Assembly (NCBI GenBank): GCA_002436025.1
Contig: DIXM01000002.1
Span: 106,932 to 170,931 of the forward strand
Origin: a candidate division Hyd24-12 bacterium UBA6080
GTDB taxonomy: Bacteria > Fermentibacterota > Fermentibacteria > Fermentibacterales > JCC-6
Length of the DNA: 64,000 nt
Direction of reading: 5' to 3'
Shown here: positions 1-10,020 of the stretch, in pieces
How positions within the stretch are numbered: the first letter of the stretch is position 1
Layout of the letters: each line of letters starts with the position of its first letter
Notes under the pieces: model-generated
The model's input: the letters and a program-made list of their open reading frames with translations, nothing else
Told to the model about the DNA's origin: nothing
The model's database searches: none
Translations under genes and position numbers: made by a program

Positions 1-627
1 GGCAAATGGCGCTTGCGTTACGGCAGCGCCCTTGGCGGCGGAGGAAACCTGGAAGTTGATCTGAATTTCATGTTTCGCGTCCAACTATGGCCCGTTAAAT
101 CGATGAACTCGGTGGATGTGGGCACATACTCCGCCAGCGGAATACCCGTCATGGATGTGCACGAACTGGCGGCTGGAAAGCTGGCGGCGCTGTTTGCCCG
201 CCAGGCCAGCCGGGACCTGTTCGATGCACACCGGCTGTTAACCGCCGCGGACTTCGCTCCCGATCGATTGCGGCTTGCCTTCATCCTCTACGGAGCCATG
301 AATCGCCGCGACTGGCGTACCATCACGCTGGACGACATAGGGTGCAATCCTCGCGAGTTGGAGAACCGACTTCTGCCGGTGTTGAGCAACACGGTCCGTG
401 AATCGCTTCACCCTGCTTGGGCGGAACAGATGGTCGAGATCTGCCGCGAGCGCCTCTCCGGTCTGGTTCAGTTCAACCCGGGCGAAACCGAGTTCCTGAA
501 TCGCTTGCTGGACCATGGCGAGATCGTCCCCAGCCTGCTGACCGAAGATGCGGGTTTGGCCTCCCGCATCCAGGAACACCCGCTTCTGCTATGGAAGGCT
601 CTGAATGTGCAGCGTCGGCGTAGTTAA
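1..627 (+). CDS. AbiEii/AbiGii-type nucleotidyltransferase toxin (DUF1814), C-terminal part; the reading frame is open to position 1, so the gene starts upstream of the window
   Basis: The frame is open from base 1. The motif 'LAAGKLAALFARQASRDLFDAHRL' parallels 'KLRALYQRRKGRDLFDLW' in the AbiEii fragment at 39205-39507, and the 204-aa ORF resembles the C-terminal half of the 43157-43996 protein. Confidence 0.6.
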   Translation, partial: GKWRLRYGSALGGGGNLEVDLNFMFRVQLWPVKSMNSVDVGTYSASGIPVMDVHELAAGKLAALFARQASRDLFDAHRLLTAADFAPDRLRLAFILYGAMNRRDWRTITLDDIGCNPRELENRLLPVLSNTVRESLHPAWAEQMVEICRERLSGLVQFNPGETEFLNRLLDHGEIVPSLLTEDAGLASRIQEHPLLLWKALNVQRRRS

Positions 628-972
628 CGGTTGCCATGGCCGTCTGCGCCAGACCGGTCAATAGAAGCTCATCGCCTGCCGCGAACGGAAGCGGCGAAGA
701 GGTTGAGCTTGTCTGCGGGATAGAGGAGATGGCCGAGGGAAAACTCACCGTCCGCCACAGCCGCACCGACAGCCCCTTCTACCAGCTCAGGGAATTCTAG
801 GAGGGGCTGGGAGTAGCGAGATACACGAAGCTCTGCACCTTTCCCGAGGGCAGCTTCGAGATGGATTACCTGCTCTACCGGGGCAAGTACCGGGGGCCCG
901 CAATCACCGGCGGACTGAACCCCGGGCACAAAAAAGAGCATGGGGGGGCGCGCCGGCGCCCCCCGAAAGCAC

Positions 973-2241
973 TCAGGAAAACGCGGCCATATCCATCAGC
1001 CCGTGCCCCGAAAGGCAGAACAGGATGACCGAGGGGGTGCCGGCATCCTTGGCCCGCAGGGCAGACTCGATGACATAACTCACGGCGTGGGCCGACTCGG
1101 GTGCGGGCAGTATCCCTTCGCACCGTAGGAACAGCTTTGCGGCGGAGAACACCGAGTCCTGGGGAACGGCAACAGCCCGGACCATCCCCAGTGACACAAG
1201 GTGGCTCACAAGGGGACTCATTCCGTGATACCGAAGCCCTCCCGCGTGAATGGGCGGCGGCACGAAATCACACCCCAGCGTGTACATCATGTACCTGGGC
1301 GTAAGGCCTGAAGAGTCGCCGTAGTCGTAACGGAGTTCGCCTTTGGTGAGTGTGGGGCACGAGGATGGTTCCACCGCAACGTAGGAGACACCTGCCCCGG
1401 AAGCAACGAACGGGAAGGCAATCCCCGCAAAGTTCGATCCTCCTCCCACACACGCAACCACCTCGTCGGGGAAATCCCCCATCTCTTTCATCTGAAGAAG
1501 GGCTTCCTGTCCGATCACCGACTGGTGAAGGCAGACCGAATCAAGAACCGACCCCAGACTGTAGCAGCACGAAGGATCACCGAGGACCTGCTCAACAGCT
1601 TCACTGATTGCTATCCCAAGGCTTCCCGGGTGCGAAGCATCCTTCTCCAGAAAACTCTGCCCAGCCGATGTCAGTGAGCTTGGGCTTGCATGCACCGAAG
1701 CCCCGTGCATCTCCATGAAGACCCGTCGAAGGGGCTTCTGCAGATAGCTCGCGCGGACCATGAAGACTTCCAGGGAGGAGCCGAACTGAAGGCATGCCTG
1801 GGACAGGGCGCTTCCCCATTGCCCGGCCCCCGTCTCGGTGCAGATGCGGGTTATCCCCGCCTCCCGCGCAAGAAAAGCCTGCGCAAGGGCAGTATTGCTC
1901 TTGTGGCTCCCTGCCGGCCCCGCCCCTTCGTACTTGTAGTAGATCCGGGCCGGAGTATCCAGCTCCCTCTCCAGGCCAACGGCGCGAACGAGCGGGGTCG
2001 GCCTGAACAGAGAGTATGCGGTTCTCACCTCGGAGGGTATTTCCACAAGACGCTCAAGTGTCGTCTCGTGCCCGATCATCCCCCGGGGAAAAAGACACTC
2101 CATGCATGAAGGTGAGGCAACCTCCCCGGAGGGCAGCAAAGGAGGGGGTGGCAGGTAAGGAAGCGAGGGTTTCACATTCAGGTAAGAGGAAGGAAGATAT
2201 GAAGAATCCCGCGAAGCAAAGCGTTTCATGGCATGATCCAA
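973..2241 (-). CDS. TrpB2-type tryptophan-synthase-beta-like PLP-dependent enzyme
   Basis: The motif 'RIYYKYEGAGPAGSHKSNTALAQAFLAREAGI' is the TrpB2 PLP-lysine region, and a glycine-rich 'GGGSNFAGIAFPF' PLP phosphate loop is present. The product is ~420 aa. Confidence 0.75.
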   Translation of the reverse strand: MDHAMKRFASRDSSYLPSSYLNVKPSLPYLPPPPLLPSGEVASPSCMECLFPRGMIGHETTLERLVEIPSEVRTAYSLFRPTPLVRAVGLERELDTPARIYYKYEGAGPAGSHKSNTALAQAFLAREAGITRICTETGAGQWGSALSQACLQFGSSLEVFMVRASYLQKPLRRVFMEMHGASVHASPSSLTSAGQSFLEKDASHPGSLGIAISEAVEQVLGDPSCCYSLGSVLDSVCLHQSVIGQEALLQMKEMGDFPDEVVACVGGGSNFAGIAFPFVASGAGVSYVAVEPSSCPTLTKGELRYDYGDSSGLTPRYMMYTLGCDFVPPPIHAGGLRYHGMSPLVSHLVSLGMVRAVAVPQDSVFSAAKLFLRCEGILPAPESAHAVSYVIESALRAKDAGTPSVILFCLSGHGLMDMAAFS

Positions 2242-2472
2242 TCCTTTTGGAGTTACGATTCACTGATACTGGTGCTGTTGAGAAAAGGATTGGTTATGGA
2301 CGGCGCTGGGCCGCCCACCAGAGCCAGGTATGCCTGATGGACGCTGCGGAGCAGAAGAAGAAAGGGCCAGTGATCATGGGCGGGAAAATACCAGCCACTT
2401 ACCGGGAGTCAAGGCAAAGCATGACATAGTACCTGACACCCTTTTTGAAAAAGAAGTTCAGGGTTATTATCC

Positions 2473-4671
2473 GTGCAGGAAAGAACAGGAAACCGGGAGG
2501 ACGATCGTTTGAAAATTCTCGGCCAGAAGCTCAGTGATGGTTCAGTTCAGGTGTTTGAAGCACCGGACCCGATCATTACCGATGGATTTGTGAGAGTCGT
2601 AACCCTCTATTCAGCAATCAGCGCAGGTACTGAGGGTGGAAAAGTGATAACCGGGAAAATGTCGTTACTCGGGAAAGCAAGGTCCAAGCCTGCGCAAGTG
2701 ATGCAGGTTGTGGGCATGGCCAAATCCCTGGGTTTGAAGGCAACCTATCTGAAAGTTAAAAGCAAACTCGAGGGAGCCCAGCCCCTGGGCTACAGCCTGT
2801 GCGGCAGGGTTACTGAAATCTCAGGAGATGTGGATCATGTTAAGGTGGGTGACCTGGTCGCATGCGCCGGTGGTGGTTACGCCAACCATGCGGATGAGGT
2901 TGTAGTCCCTAAAAACCTTGTGGTGAAAGTACCTGAAGGAGTTGATCCCAGATCCGCAGCCTATACAACAATCGCAGCCATCTCACTGCAGGGAGTTAGG
3001 CTTGCCGAACCAACCCTGGGTGAATCCGCGGTTGTTATAGGGCTTGGAATAGTCGGCCAGTTGGCGGCACAGATACTGAAGGCGAACGGATGCAGGGTGT
3101 TCGGAACAGATCTTGATGAAGCACAGGTGGGTCTGGCGCTCGCGACAGGAGCAATTGATGCCGGGGGAATCACGGGGAAGGACAGTGTTGAAGCCCTGGT
3201 CAGTGACTTCACAAGGGGCAGAGGCGCTGACATGGTTCTTATCTGTGCCGGAACCTCAAGCAACGAGCCAGTTGAGTTCGCAGCCGAAGTCAGCAGGAAA
3301 AAGGGCAGGATCATATCGGTGGGCGCCGTGGGCATGGATCTTCCCAGGGATATCTATTTTAAGAAAGAACTCTCCTTTGCCGTATCCTGCTCCTATGGCC
3401 CGGGCAGGTATGATCCACACTACGAGGAAGCCGGCATCGACTACCCGTACCCTTATGTAAGATGGACCGAAGGCCGCAACATGGAGGCAATTCTCGATGG
3501 AATGGCCGCAGGAACCATAGACCCCCAAAAAGCAACAACACATGTTTTCCCGATGGAAAAGGCTCCCGAAGCGTATGAGATCATCTCAGGGAAGACCGAG
3601 CCCTTCTGCGGAATGCTCATTGAGTACCCCGAGAAGCGAAGGGATGAAGTAAGGTCTGTTCCCCTTTCCCGCTCCACCACGCCTGTGAACAAAGACAGGA
3701 TTGGCATCGGTATGGTAGGCCCGGGCTCTTTTGCCCAGACCTTTCTCCTGCCCCCACTGAAGGGCGACAAACGGACCTGTTTTTCTTCTGTCTGCACACG
3801 AAGCGGTCTGACAGCCTCAGATACCGGTGAGAGACTGGGTTTCCGCAGAGCCGTCGCGAGCATCGAGGACCTTCTGAATGACGAGCAAACCCACGCCGTT
3901 GTTGTCGCTACACGGCATAACACCCACGCCGACTCGGTCCTCAAGTGCCTAAGGGCGAAGAAGCCTGTGTTTGTTGAAAAGCCGCTGTGTCTTACTGTTG
4001 AAGAACTGAGGGAGATCAGGAAGCTGCAACTGGAGTCAAACACACTCATTCAGGTCGGCTTCAACAGAAGGTTCTCAAAGGCCGCAGTTGCAGCCAGGAA
4101 ATTCATTGGAGAGAACCATCCACCCCTGACAATGATGTACAGGATCAGCGCGGGTCACATACCAAGAGATCACTGGACACAGACCGAAGAGGGGGGCGGC
4201 AGGATAATCGGTGAAGCTTGCCACTTCATCGACCTGCTTCAGTACTTCTGCGGTGCCAACCCGGTCAGTGTGTTTGCCCAGAGCATCGATACGGCCGATG
4301 AATCCCTGGTCCCCCAGGACAACACGGTGATCTCAATCAGGTTCGAAGACGGCTCCGCTGGCTCCATCGGCTACTTTGCAGAAGGCGGCAAGTCCATGCC
4401 CAAGGAGCGTTGTGAGATACTCGGTGGCGGCAGAAGTGCAGTGATAGACAACTTCAACCGGGTTCATCTTTTCGGCAAGACGAAGAAAGGGACAAGGAAA
4501 TTCTCGGGCAAGGGGCACAGTGAGGAAATGGTCCAGTTCGTTACCGCGCTCAAGACAGGCATACCCGCTATCTCAATTGCCTCTCAGATAGCCACAACCC
4601 TAGCGAGTTTCGCTGTTCTTGAAAGCTTGAAGACCGGCAAGGCAGTAGCGATCAATCCCGAAGACTTCTAG
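2473..4671 (+). CDS. Bi-domain oxidoreductase: N-terminal Zn-dependent alcohol dehydrogenase (MDR) fused to a C-terminal Gfo/Idh/MocA NAD(P)-binding oxidoreductase
   Basis: The N-terminal half carries 'GYSLCGRV...VGDLVACAGGGYANHA' and a 'VIGLGIVGQ' Rossmann motif. The C-terminal half carries 'IGIGMVGPGSFA...VVVATRHNTHADSVLKCLRAKKPVFVEKPLCLTVEEL', a Gfo/Idh/MocA signature. This architecture is typical of polysaccharide loci. Confidence 0.8.
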   Translation: MQERTGNREDDRLKILGQKLSDGSVQVFEAPDPIITDGFVRVVTLYSAISAGTEGGKVITGKMSLLGKARSKPAQVMQVVGMAKSLGLKATYLKVKSKLEGAQPLGYSLCGRVTEISGDVDHVKVGDLVACAGGGYANHADEVVVPKNLVVKVPEGVDPRSAAYTTIAAISLQGVRLAEPTLGESAVVIGLGIVGQLAAQILKANGCRVFGTDLDEAQVGLALATGAIDAGGITGKDSVEALVSDFTRGRGADMVLICAGTSSNEPVEFAAEVSRKKGRIISVGAVGMDLPRDIYFKKELSFAVSCSYGPGRYDPHYEEAGIDYPYPYVRWTEGRNMEAILDGMAAGTIDPQKATTHVFPMEKAPEAYEIISGKTEPFCGMLIEYPEKRRDEVRSVPLSRSTTPVNKDRIGIGMVGPGSFAQTFLLPPLKGDKRTCFSSVCTRSGLTASDTGERLGFRRAVASIEDLLNDEQTHAVVVATRHNTHADSVLKCLRAKKPVFVEKPLCLTVEELREIRKLQLESNTLIQVGFNRRFSKAAVAARKFIGENHPPLTMMYRISAGHIPRDHWTQTEEGGGRIIGEACHFIDLLQYFCGANPVSVFAQSIDTADESLVPQDNTVISIRFEDGSAGSIGYFAEGGKSMPKERCEILGGGRSAVIDNFNRVHLFGKTKKGTRKFSGKGHSEEMVQFVTALKTGIPAISIASQIATTLASFAVLESLKTGKAVAINPEDF

Positions 4672-4672
4672 A

Positions 4673-5899
4673 ATGCAGAACTGCGACTTCAGGCGCATAG
4701 CAAATGAAGTTCTTCACTGGGCAGTTCTGCGGGGCTTCAAGGGCACTGATCCGTATGACGGGTTGAACAGCCGTCTGCTTGCCCCTTTACTGAAGAACTC
4801 CCGATTCCTGAGGCTTGCCACCATTCAGACCGTGAAAAGGTCTCCCATCAACCTGCGACCCCTTCTCGGGGTTCCCGAAGGATATAACCCCAAAGGGCTG
4901 GCGCTTTTTCTTTCGGGTTTGGGGCTTACGAAGGAAGAAGACAAGACAGGTAATGCAAACCTGATCACCTGGCTGGAACAGATGATCTTAAGCCTTGCAT
5001 CCAGACCAGACGGATCTCCGGTGTTCAGTGAAGACCGCAGAATAAGAATGGACATCACTTCAGCCGAAGCAGAACAGGCAGGAGTTCTCGCATGGGGCTA
5101 CAACTTCCCATGGCAGAGCAGGGCCTTTCTGCAACCGGCCTGGTATCCGACTGTGGTATGCTCGAGCTTTGTTCTTGATGCGCTGAGGGATTCGCAGAGC
5201 GTTTTCTATCCCATTGTGGCGAGGAAGCTGGCTCAGTTCACAATCGATTCCCTTAACGTCCACAAAGATGAGAGTGGCATATGCTTCAGTTACTCCCCCC
5301 GGGACAACACCCGGGTCTACAACGCTTCGCTCTTCGCGGCAAAAATACTTGTTCAAGCTGCACAGTTCGAGGAAGAACCAAGGAAAGCACGATTAAGAAA
5401 ACTTGCCCGGGAAGCCTGCAGTTATGTTGCAGCGAAGCAGAGAGCAAATGGCAGTTGGGTTTACGGCGAGGCAGACCACTGGCAGTGGGTGGACAACCTT
5501 CACACAGGCTTTGTTCTGGAAACCATGCAGTTCATTACTGAAGCCCTTGAAACTGACGAATTCAAAGAATCACTCCTTAAGGGATTGGGTTACTACAGGA
5601 GCAGCCTCTTTACCGAAAACGGGGATGCGAAGTATTTCGAAAACAGCCTTTACCCGCTTGATCCCCATGGCTATGCTCAGGGTGCGATAACGATGAAGAA
5701 GCTGAACGAGCCGGATTTTGCGGAAAGAATTCTATCAAGGGCCGTAGAGCAGCTCTGGGATGAGAGTAAGAAAGGCTTCTTCAGAAAGCTCAGCAAGCAT
5801 TCCAGAGAGGGGCTGATTCACCTCAGATGGAATCAGGGCTGGATGTACAAGGCGCTGAAGGAACGCCAAAGACAAGGCAACGATGAAGATCTGGTTTGA
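4673..5899 (+). CDS. Putative (alpha/alpha)-toroid polysaccharide-modifying protein (heparinase II/III- or glucuronyl C5-epimerase-like); family assignment tentative
   Basis: A 408-aa ORF tightly packed between the bi-domain oxidoreductase and DUF354. The motifs 'NASLFAAKIL' and 'WQWVDNLHTGFVLE' recall alpha-toroid lyase/epimerase folds. I have no firm family match. Confidence 0.35.
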   Translation: MQNCDFRRIANEVLHWAVLRGFKGTDPYDGLNSRLLAPLLKNSRFLRLATIQTVKRSPINLRPLLGVPEGYNPKGLALFLSGLGLTKEEDKTGNANLITWLEQMILSLASRPDGSPVFSEDRRIRMDITSAEAEQAGVLAWGYNFPWQSRAFLQPAWYPTVVCSSFVLDALRDSQSVFYPIVARKLAQFTIDSLNVHKDESGICFSYSPRDNTRVYNASLFAAKILVQAAQFEEEPRKARLRKLAREACSYVAAKQRANGSWVYGEADHWQWVDNLHTGFVLETMQFITEALETDEFKESLLKGLGYYRSSLFTENGDAKYFENSLYPLDPHGYAQGAITMKKLNEPDFAERILSRAVEQLWDESKKGFFRKLSKHSREGLIHLRWNQGWMYKALKERQRQGNDEDLV

Positions 5900-6896
5900 T
5901 GCCGACAATGCTCCCCATGTTCTTGTTATGAAGCCTCTTGCGGAAGAGCTTACCAAACAGGGCCATGAAGTCAGGTTCACGGCAAGAGACAGGGCGAACA
6001 CATGTGAGCTGCTCGATCTCTATGGATTTGACTATGTGAAAGTAGGCGGCCCCTACGGCAAGTCAACCTTCAGCAAAGCAACCGGAACCATCAAGAGAGC
6101 ACTTCAACTCAGGAAAGCCATGAAAAACTGGAAAGCCGATGTCTCATTCGGCCACGGTTCAAGGTCTCTCCCCATTGCTTCAAGAATGCTCGGGATTCCG
6201 TCAATAACGATGTACGACTACGAATGGGTCAACCCAACCATCTTCAACAGGTTCTGCACAAAGATCCTGCTTCCGGAAGCGATTACGATTGAAAGATGCA
6301 TTGAGGCGGGAATTGATGTGAACAAAGTTGTTTTTTTTCCGGGATACAAGGAAAACCTCTACCTCAGCGGGATTGAACCCGATCCCGCAATTGCTGAAGA
6401 ACTGGGTCTGAAGCCTGACAAAACAAAGGTTCTCCTTCGACCGCCCGCCACCACCGCCCATTACCATAACCCAGAGTCGGAAGGTATTCTGAAAGCGCTG
6501 CTTGATAAGCTCTTGATCGATCCGAACGTGCAGATCGTCTGGATTCCCAGAACGGACGATCAGATGGAGCTTGTTAAAGGTGAACACAGGGCTCAGGTGA
6601 TTGTACCCGCCAAGGTCTACCCGGGTCCTCAGTTGATCCTGGCAATGGATATGGTGATCGGTGGCGGAGGGACCATGACCAGAGAGGCTGCAATTCTGGG
6701 GGTGCCCTCGGTTTCCTTTTTCAGGGGAAGAGGTGGGTCAGTCGACGCAAGGCTGGAGACTGAGCATCTGCTGACTTCTTTGGCCTGCTCCCGGGATGTC
6801 GAGGCACTTGTGTTTCAAACCAGGGTACCGATGAAAAGGAAAGACGACAGCAGTAGAATTCATGACTTAATATTGACAACGATTACTCGCAGATAG
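5883..6896 (+). CDS. DUF354 family protein (GT-B-like, polysaccharide-cluster associated)
   Basis: The N-terminus 'MKIWFDADNAPHVLVMKPLAEEL' is characteristic of DUF354. The start overlaps the upstream gene by 17 nt. Confidence 0.6.
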   Translation: MKIWFDADNAPHVLVMKPLAEELTKQGHEVRFTARDRANTCELLDLYGFDYVKVGGPYGKSTFSKATGTIKRALQLRKAMKNWKADVSFGHGSRSLPIASRMLGIPSITMYDYEWVNPTIFNRFCTKILLPEAITIERCIEAGIDVNKVVFFPGYKENLYLSGIEPDPAIAEELGLKPDKTKVLLRPPATTAHYHNPESEGILKALLDKLLIDPNVQIVWIPRTDDQMELVKGEHRAQVIVPAKVYPGPQLILAMDMVIGGGGTMTREAAILGVPSVSFFRGRGGSVDARLETEHLLTSLACSRDVEALVFQTRVPMKRKDDSSRIHDLILTTITRR

Positions 6897-8301
6897 ACTC
6901 ATTCTTCCCTGTCAGCTTGGAAACACAGAAGCGGAACTTGCCTGCTGTTGTGCGTGGAATCGCATCAACTTTGATCAATTTCAGTCCGACAGGCTTGGGA
7001 ATCAATGCGCGCAGACCCGAGACCAGTTTTTCGCCGTCCGCATTTGTGTAACCGACCGCCGGAACTATTCGAATCTCAATCTGATCCAAGGAATTCTGGA
7101 ACAACTGCGATTCAAGGATGTTTCCAACTTCCTTAAAGGGAAAAGTAAGATTTGAAGCCGACAGCAGAGAGCCGTCAGGCATAAGCAAAAGGTCTTCCCG
7201 CTTTGTGTCGATTCTAGCAATCCGCCTGGAGTGCCGTCCACAGGAGCACTTTCCCGGGAGGAATCTTGTCATGTCGCCAGTTCTGTACCTTAGCAGCGGA
7301 AACCCGAGGTTACTCAGGGATGTCCCTACAAGCTCTCCGTATTCACCGTCGGGAACGGGTTTTCCATCGGGGTCAACTATCTCAAGAATGCAGTTCTCCC
7401 AGTTTTCGTGAAGACCGTTTCTGCACTCGAACTCCGATGCAGAAGCGACTCTTTCAGTTAGACCGTAGTAGTCATAGATGCCGCAGCAAAAAACACTTGT
7501 GATAAGCTCCCTCTGGAAGTCATGCAGCGGCTCTGCGCCGTAGTAAATGCTCTTCATGCGATGGCTCAATCCTGCAATTCTGAAACTGTGAGCCAGCGAG
7601 TAAAGAACAGATGGATATCCCTCAAGTGATGTAATATTGAAATGACTCAGAGCTTCAAGATAGGCCGGTGCATTTTCAGGGGTCATGTGGTATGTCGAGA
7701 AGTAAACCTGTTTTGCCAGCCTGTTCACCCTCCAGAATGGTGGCTTTTTGGAATCCAGAGGCACTACCTGGTGGCCACCCAACATACCCCGCCACGATTC
7801 ACCCAACGCAAGCCCTGTTACTGCCCTCTGTCTCCATATGAGTGCACGCTCCATATCGATGCAGTCGGCAGTCCAATAAGCCTGCAGCGGAGTTCCGGTG
7901 GTTCCGCTCGTTCCGTGGCGGATCAGTCGTTTGTTGTATTGTTTGTTCAGGAACGCTTTCGGGTTATCCCGAACGCACTCCCTTCCAAGCACCTGCATTC
8001 CAGCCAGAGTGCCGAACGGATCCTCCAACATCGACTGCCTGTCTGGAAGTATGTCCTTGTAGAAATCGGTGTTTTTTGCGGCAAGGAGAATCTCTGTCAG
8101 GCTGTTTCTCCTGTAAGCCTCGAGCTCCTCAGGTTCAAACCACTGCGTTTTCATGAGTTGGTTGACCTTGTTCCGGAAGGCACCGCTGATTTCATGCAGC
8201 CACCTGATTGAACCAAATGCCGTGACAGAAAGATTCTGCATGCCGACAGGCAGCGCTCGATAAATCTGATAGGAATTCCCTTGTGAGAGGCTCATTTCCA
8301 T
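6883..8301 (-). CDS. CapK-like / coenzyme F390 synthetase / phenylacetate-CoA ligase family adenylate-forming enzyme
   Basis: The AMP-binding P-loop 'RHGTSGTTGTPLQAYW' is present, with a 'YGLTE' region. The size (~470 aa) and context match CapK. Confidence 0.75.
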   Translation of the reverse strand: MEMSLSQGNSYQIYRALPVGMQNLSVTAFGSIRWLHEISGAFRNKVNQLMKTQWFEPEELEAYRRNSLTEILLAAKNTDFYKDILPDRQSMLEDPFGTLAGMQVLGRECVRDNPKAFLNKQYNKRLIRHGTSGTTGTPLQAYWTADCIDMERALIWRQRAVTGLALGESWRGMLGGHQVVPLDSKKPPFWRVNRLAKQVYFSTYHMTPENAPAYLEALSHFNITSLEGYPSVLYSLAHSFRIAGLSHRMKSIYYGAEPLHDFQRELITSVFCCGIYDYYGLTERVASASEFECRNGLHENWENCILEIVDPDGKPVPDGEYGELVGTSLSNLGFPLLRYRTGDMTRFLPGKCSCGRHSRRIARIDTKREDLLLMPDGSLLSASNLTFPFKEVGNILESQLFQNSLDQIEIRIVPAVGYTNADGEKLVSGLRALIPKPVGLKLIKVDAIPRTTAGKFRFCVSKLTGKNESICE

Positions 8302-8568
8302 GTCACCTGAGCGTTCACTCTGTCTTCCAGGATGAGGTACTCTATTCTACTGCAACATTGTCCGATGACGGTTGTAGATCGGGCCATATTGGCGGTCATA
8401 ACTGTCTTGAACCTCTTATGGGGTTTTTCCAATGTACGGTGTCGAAGAAAAGCTGATTTCTCGAAACATCGTGATTCATCCGAATTTCCTTTGCTTGGCG
8501 CATAAAATATAGTAGCAGTGTTGTTCTGCGGATAGCTTTCCATTCATGGTCCAGAAAGGGGAAACTCA

Positions 8569-10020
8569 TTGATCGATGCAGGGATGACTGCGGTGGTCAG
8601 AACTCCCGAGGCTGTCTATCCTTCGCTTTCCCCATTCGATCCTGAGACTGCTCCTCCCGAGTACCAATGGGACAGGACAGGCTGCGAACGAAACTCTGTG
8701 TATGCAGCGGTTAGAGAAGCATTAGCCTTGCTTGAACTTGACAAGGCAAGGTTTGGAACCAGTTCCTGGAATCCACTTGGTGGGTTGATCTATCCAGGTA
8801 ACGTGGTTTTGATCAAACCAAATCTTGTATGTGAAAACCGTGAGAACAAGCCGGATCAGTGGGAACAGATCATCACTTCTGCTGCTGTAATAAGGGCAGT
8901 AATTGATTACGTATTGATTGCACTGTCCGGTTCAGGAAGAGTAGTGATCGCTGATTCTCCTCAGACCGACTCTGACTTCGAGTTGACTGTTGAAAGAAGC
9001 AGTTTGCGGTCGATGGTGGAAGAGCTTAGAGCCAGGGCATCCCTGCCGATTGAGCTCCTTGATCTCAGGAAAGAACGCTGGATTGTGCGCGATGGGGTTT
9101 GCACCGGGAGCGTTCCTCTTCCCGGTGATCCTCTCGGAGCAAGGTTGATTGATCTGGGAGAAAGAAGCCATTTCACAGGCAGTTTGGGCGGTGCTCCCTT
9201 CTACGGAGCCAACTACGATTCGGATGAGACGAACAGAAATCACCGTGATGGGCACAACATCTATGAGATTTGCGGTACTGCGCTGGCGGCTGATGTCATC
9301 ATCAATATTCCGAAGTTGAAAACCCATAAGAAGTGCGGCATGACAGGCTGCCTCAAGGGAATGGTTGGGCTCACGGGCAACAAGAACCTGTTGCCCCATT
9401 ACAGGTTTGGCCCACCTTCGAAGGGTGGGGACCAGTTTCCTGATGGCAGGCGGAACGGCTTTCTTGAGAACGTGTTAGTCGGTGGGGCAAAGAAGCTACT
9501 GATGAGGGGGGGAAAACGGACAACCTTGCTCGTTGGTGCAATGAAACCCTTGGGCTACAGGTTGTTTGGAACAACAGGGCAGGTCATCAGAAGCGGGAAC
9601 TGGTCGGGCAACGACACCATCTGGAGAACAGTGCTTGATCTTGCAGCCATTATGTACCATTGCGACTCTTCAGGTGTCATGCATCCCGAACCTGTGCGAA
9701 GGTTTTTCAACCTTGTAGACGGTATTGTGGGTGGGGAGGGGAATGGTCCCCTCGATGCAGAACCCGTTCACTCGCGCATTCTTGTTGCTGGAGCCTCGCC
9801 CCTGCTTGTTGATGCTGTCTCAGCGGCAGTTGCCGGAATCAATCCCCACTGCCTTCCGATTGTTGAGAATGGTTTTGCGAGTCCCTTCAATCTGTCTCCA
9901 TGTAATCCTGAGGAGATAACTGTCGCATATCATCCCGAAGAGACCCCACACCAGGGACTTGGTGAAGTGCCCCCCCTGGTCAGTCTGAAACCCCACTTTG
10001 CCTGGAACAAGACCCAATGA
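8569..10020 (+). CDS. DUF362 domain protein
   Basis: The motif 'VVLIKPNLVCE' matches the DUF362 'IKPNL' signature. The product is ~480 aa and the stop overlaps the downstream GT start. Confidence 0.55.
   Translation: MIDAGMTAVVRTPEAVYPSLSPFDPETAPPEYQWDRTGCERNSVYAAVREALALLELDKARFGTSSWNPLGGLIYPGNVVLIKPNLVCENRENKPDQWEQIITSAAVIRAVIDYVLIALSGSGRVVIADSPQTDSDFELTVERSSLRSMVEELRARASLPIELLDLRKERWIVRDGVCTGSVPLPGDPLGARLIDLGERSHFTGSLGGAPFYGANYDSDETNRNHRDGHNIYEICGTALAADVIINIPKLKTHKKCGMTGCLKGMVGLTGNKNLLPHYRFGPPSKGGDQFPDGRRNGFLENVLVGGAKKLLMRGGKRTTLLVGAMKPLGYRLFGTTGQVIRSGNWSGNDTIWRTVLDLAAIMYHCDSSGVMHPEPVRRFFNLVDGIVGGEGNGPLDAEPVHSRILVAGASPLLVDAVSAAVAGINPHCLPIVENGFASPFNLSPCNPEEITVAYHPEETPHQGLGEVPPLVSLKPHFAWNKTQ

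Noticed and set aside
669-941. A 90-aa minus-strand ORF between the abiEii fragment and the trpB2-like gene
   Set aside because: It has no motifs or RBS and is short. It may simply be an intergenic region.
2016-2429. A 137-aa plus-strand ORF spanning the trpB2-like gene start and the intergenic region
   Set aside because: It overlaps the better-supported minus-strand TrpB2-like gene and a probable promoter region. It has no recognisable motifs and is typical high-GC antisense noise.
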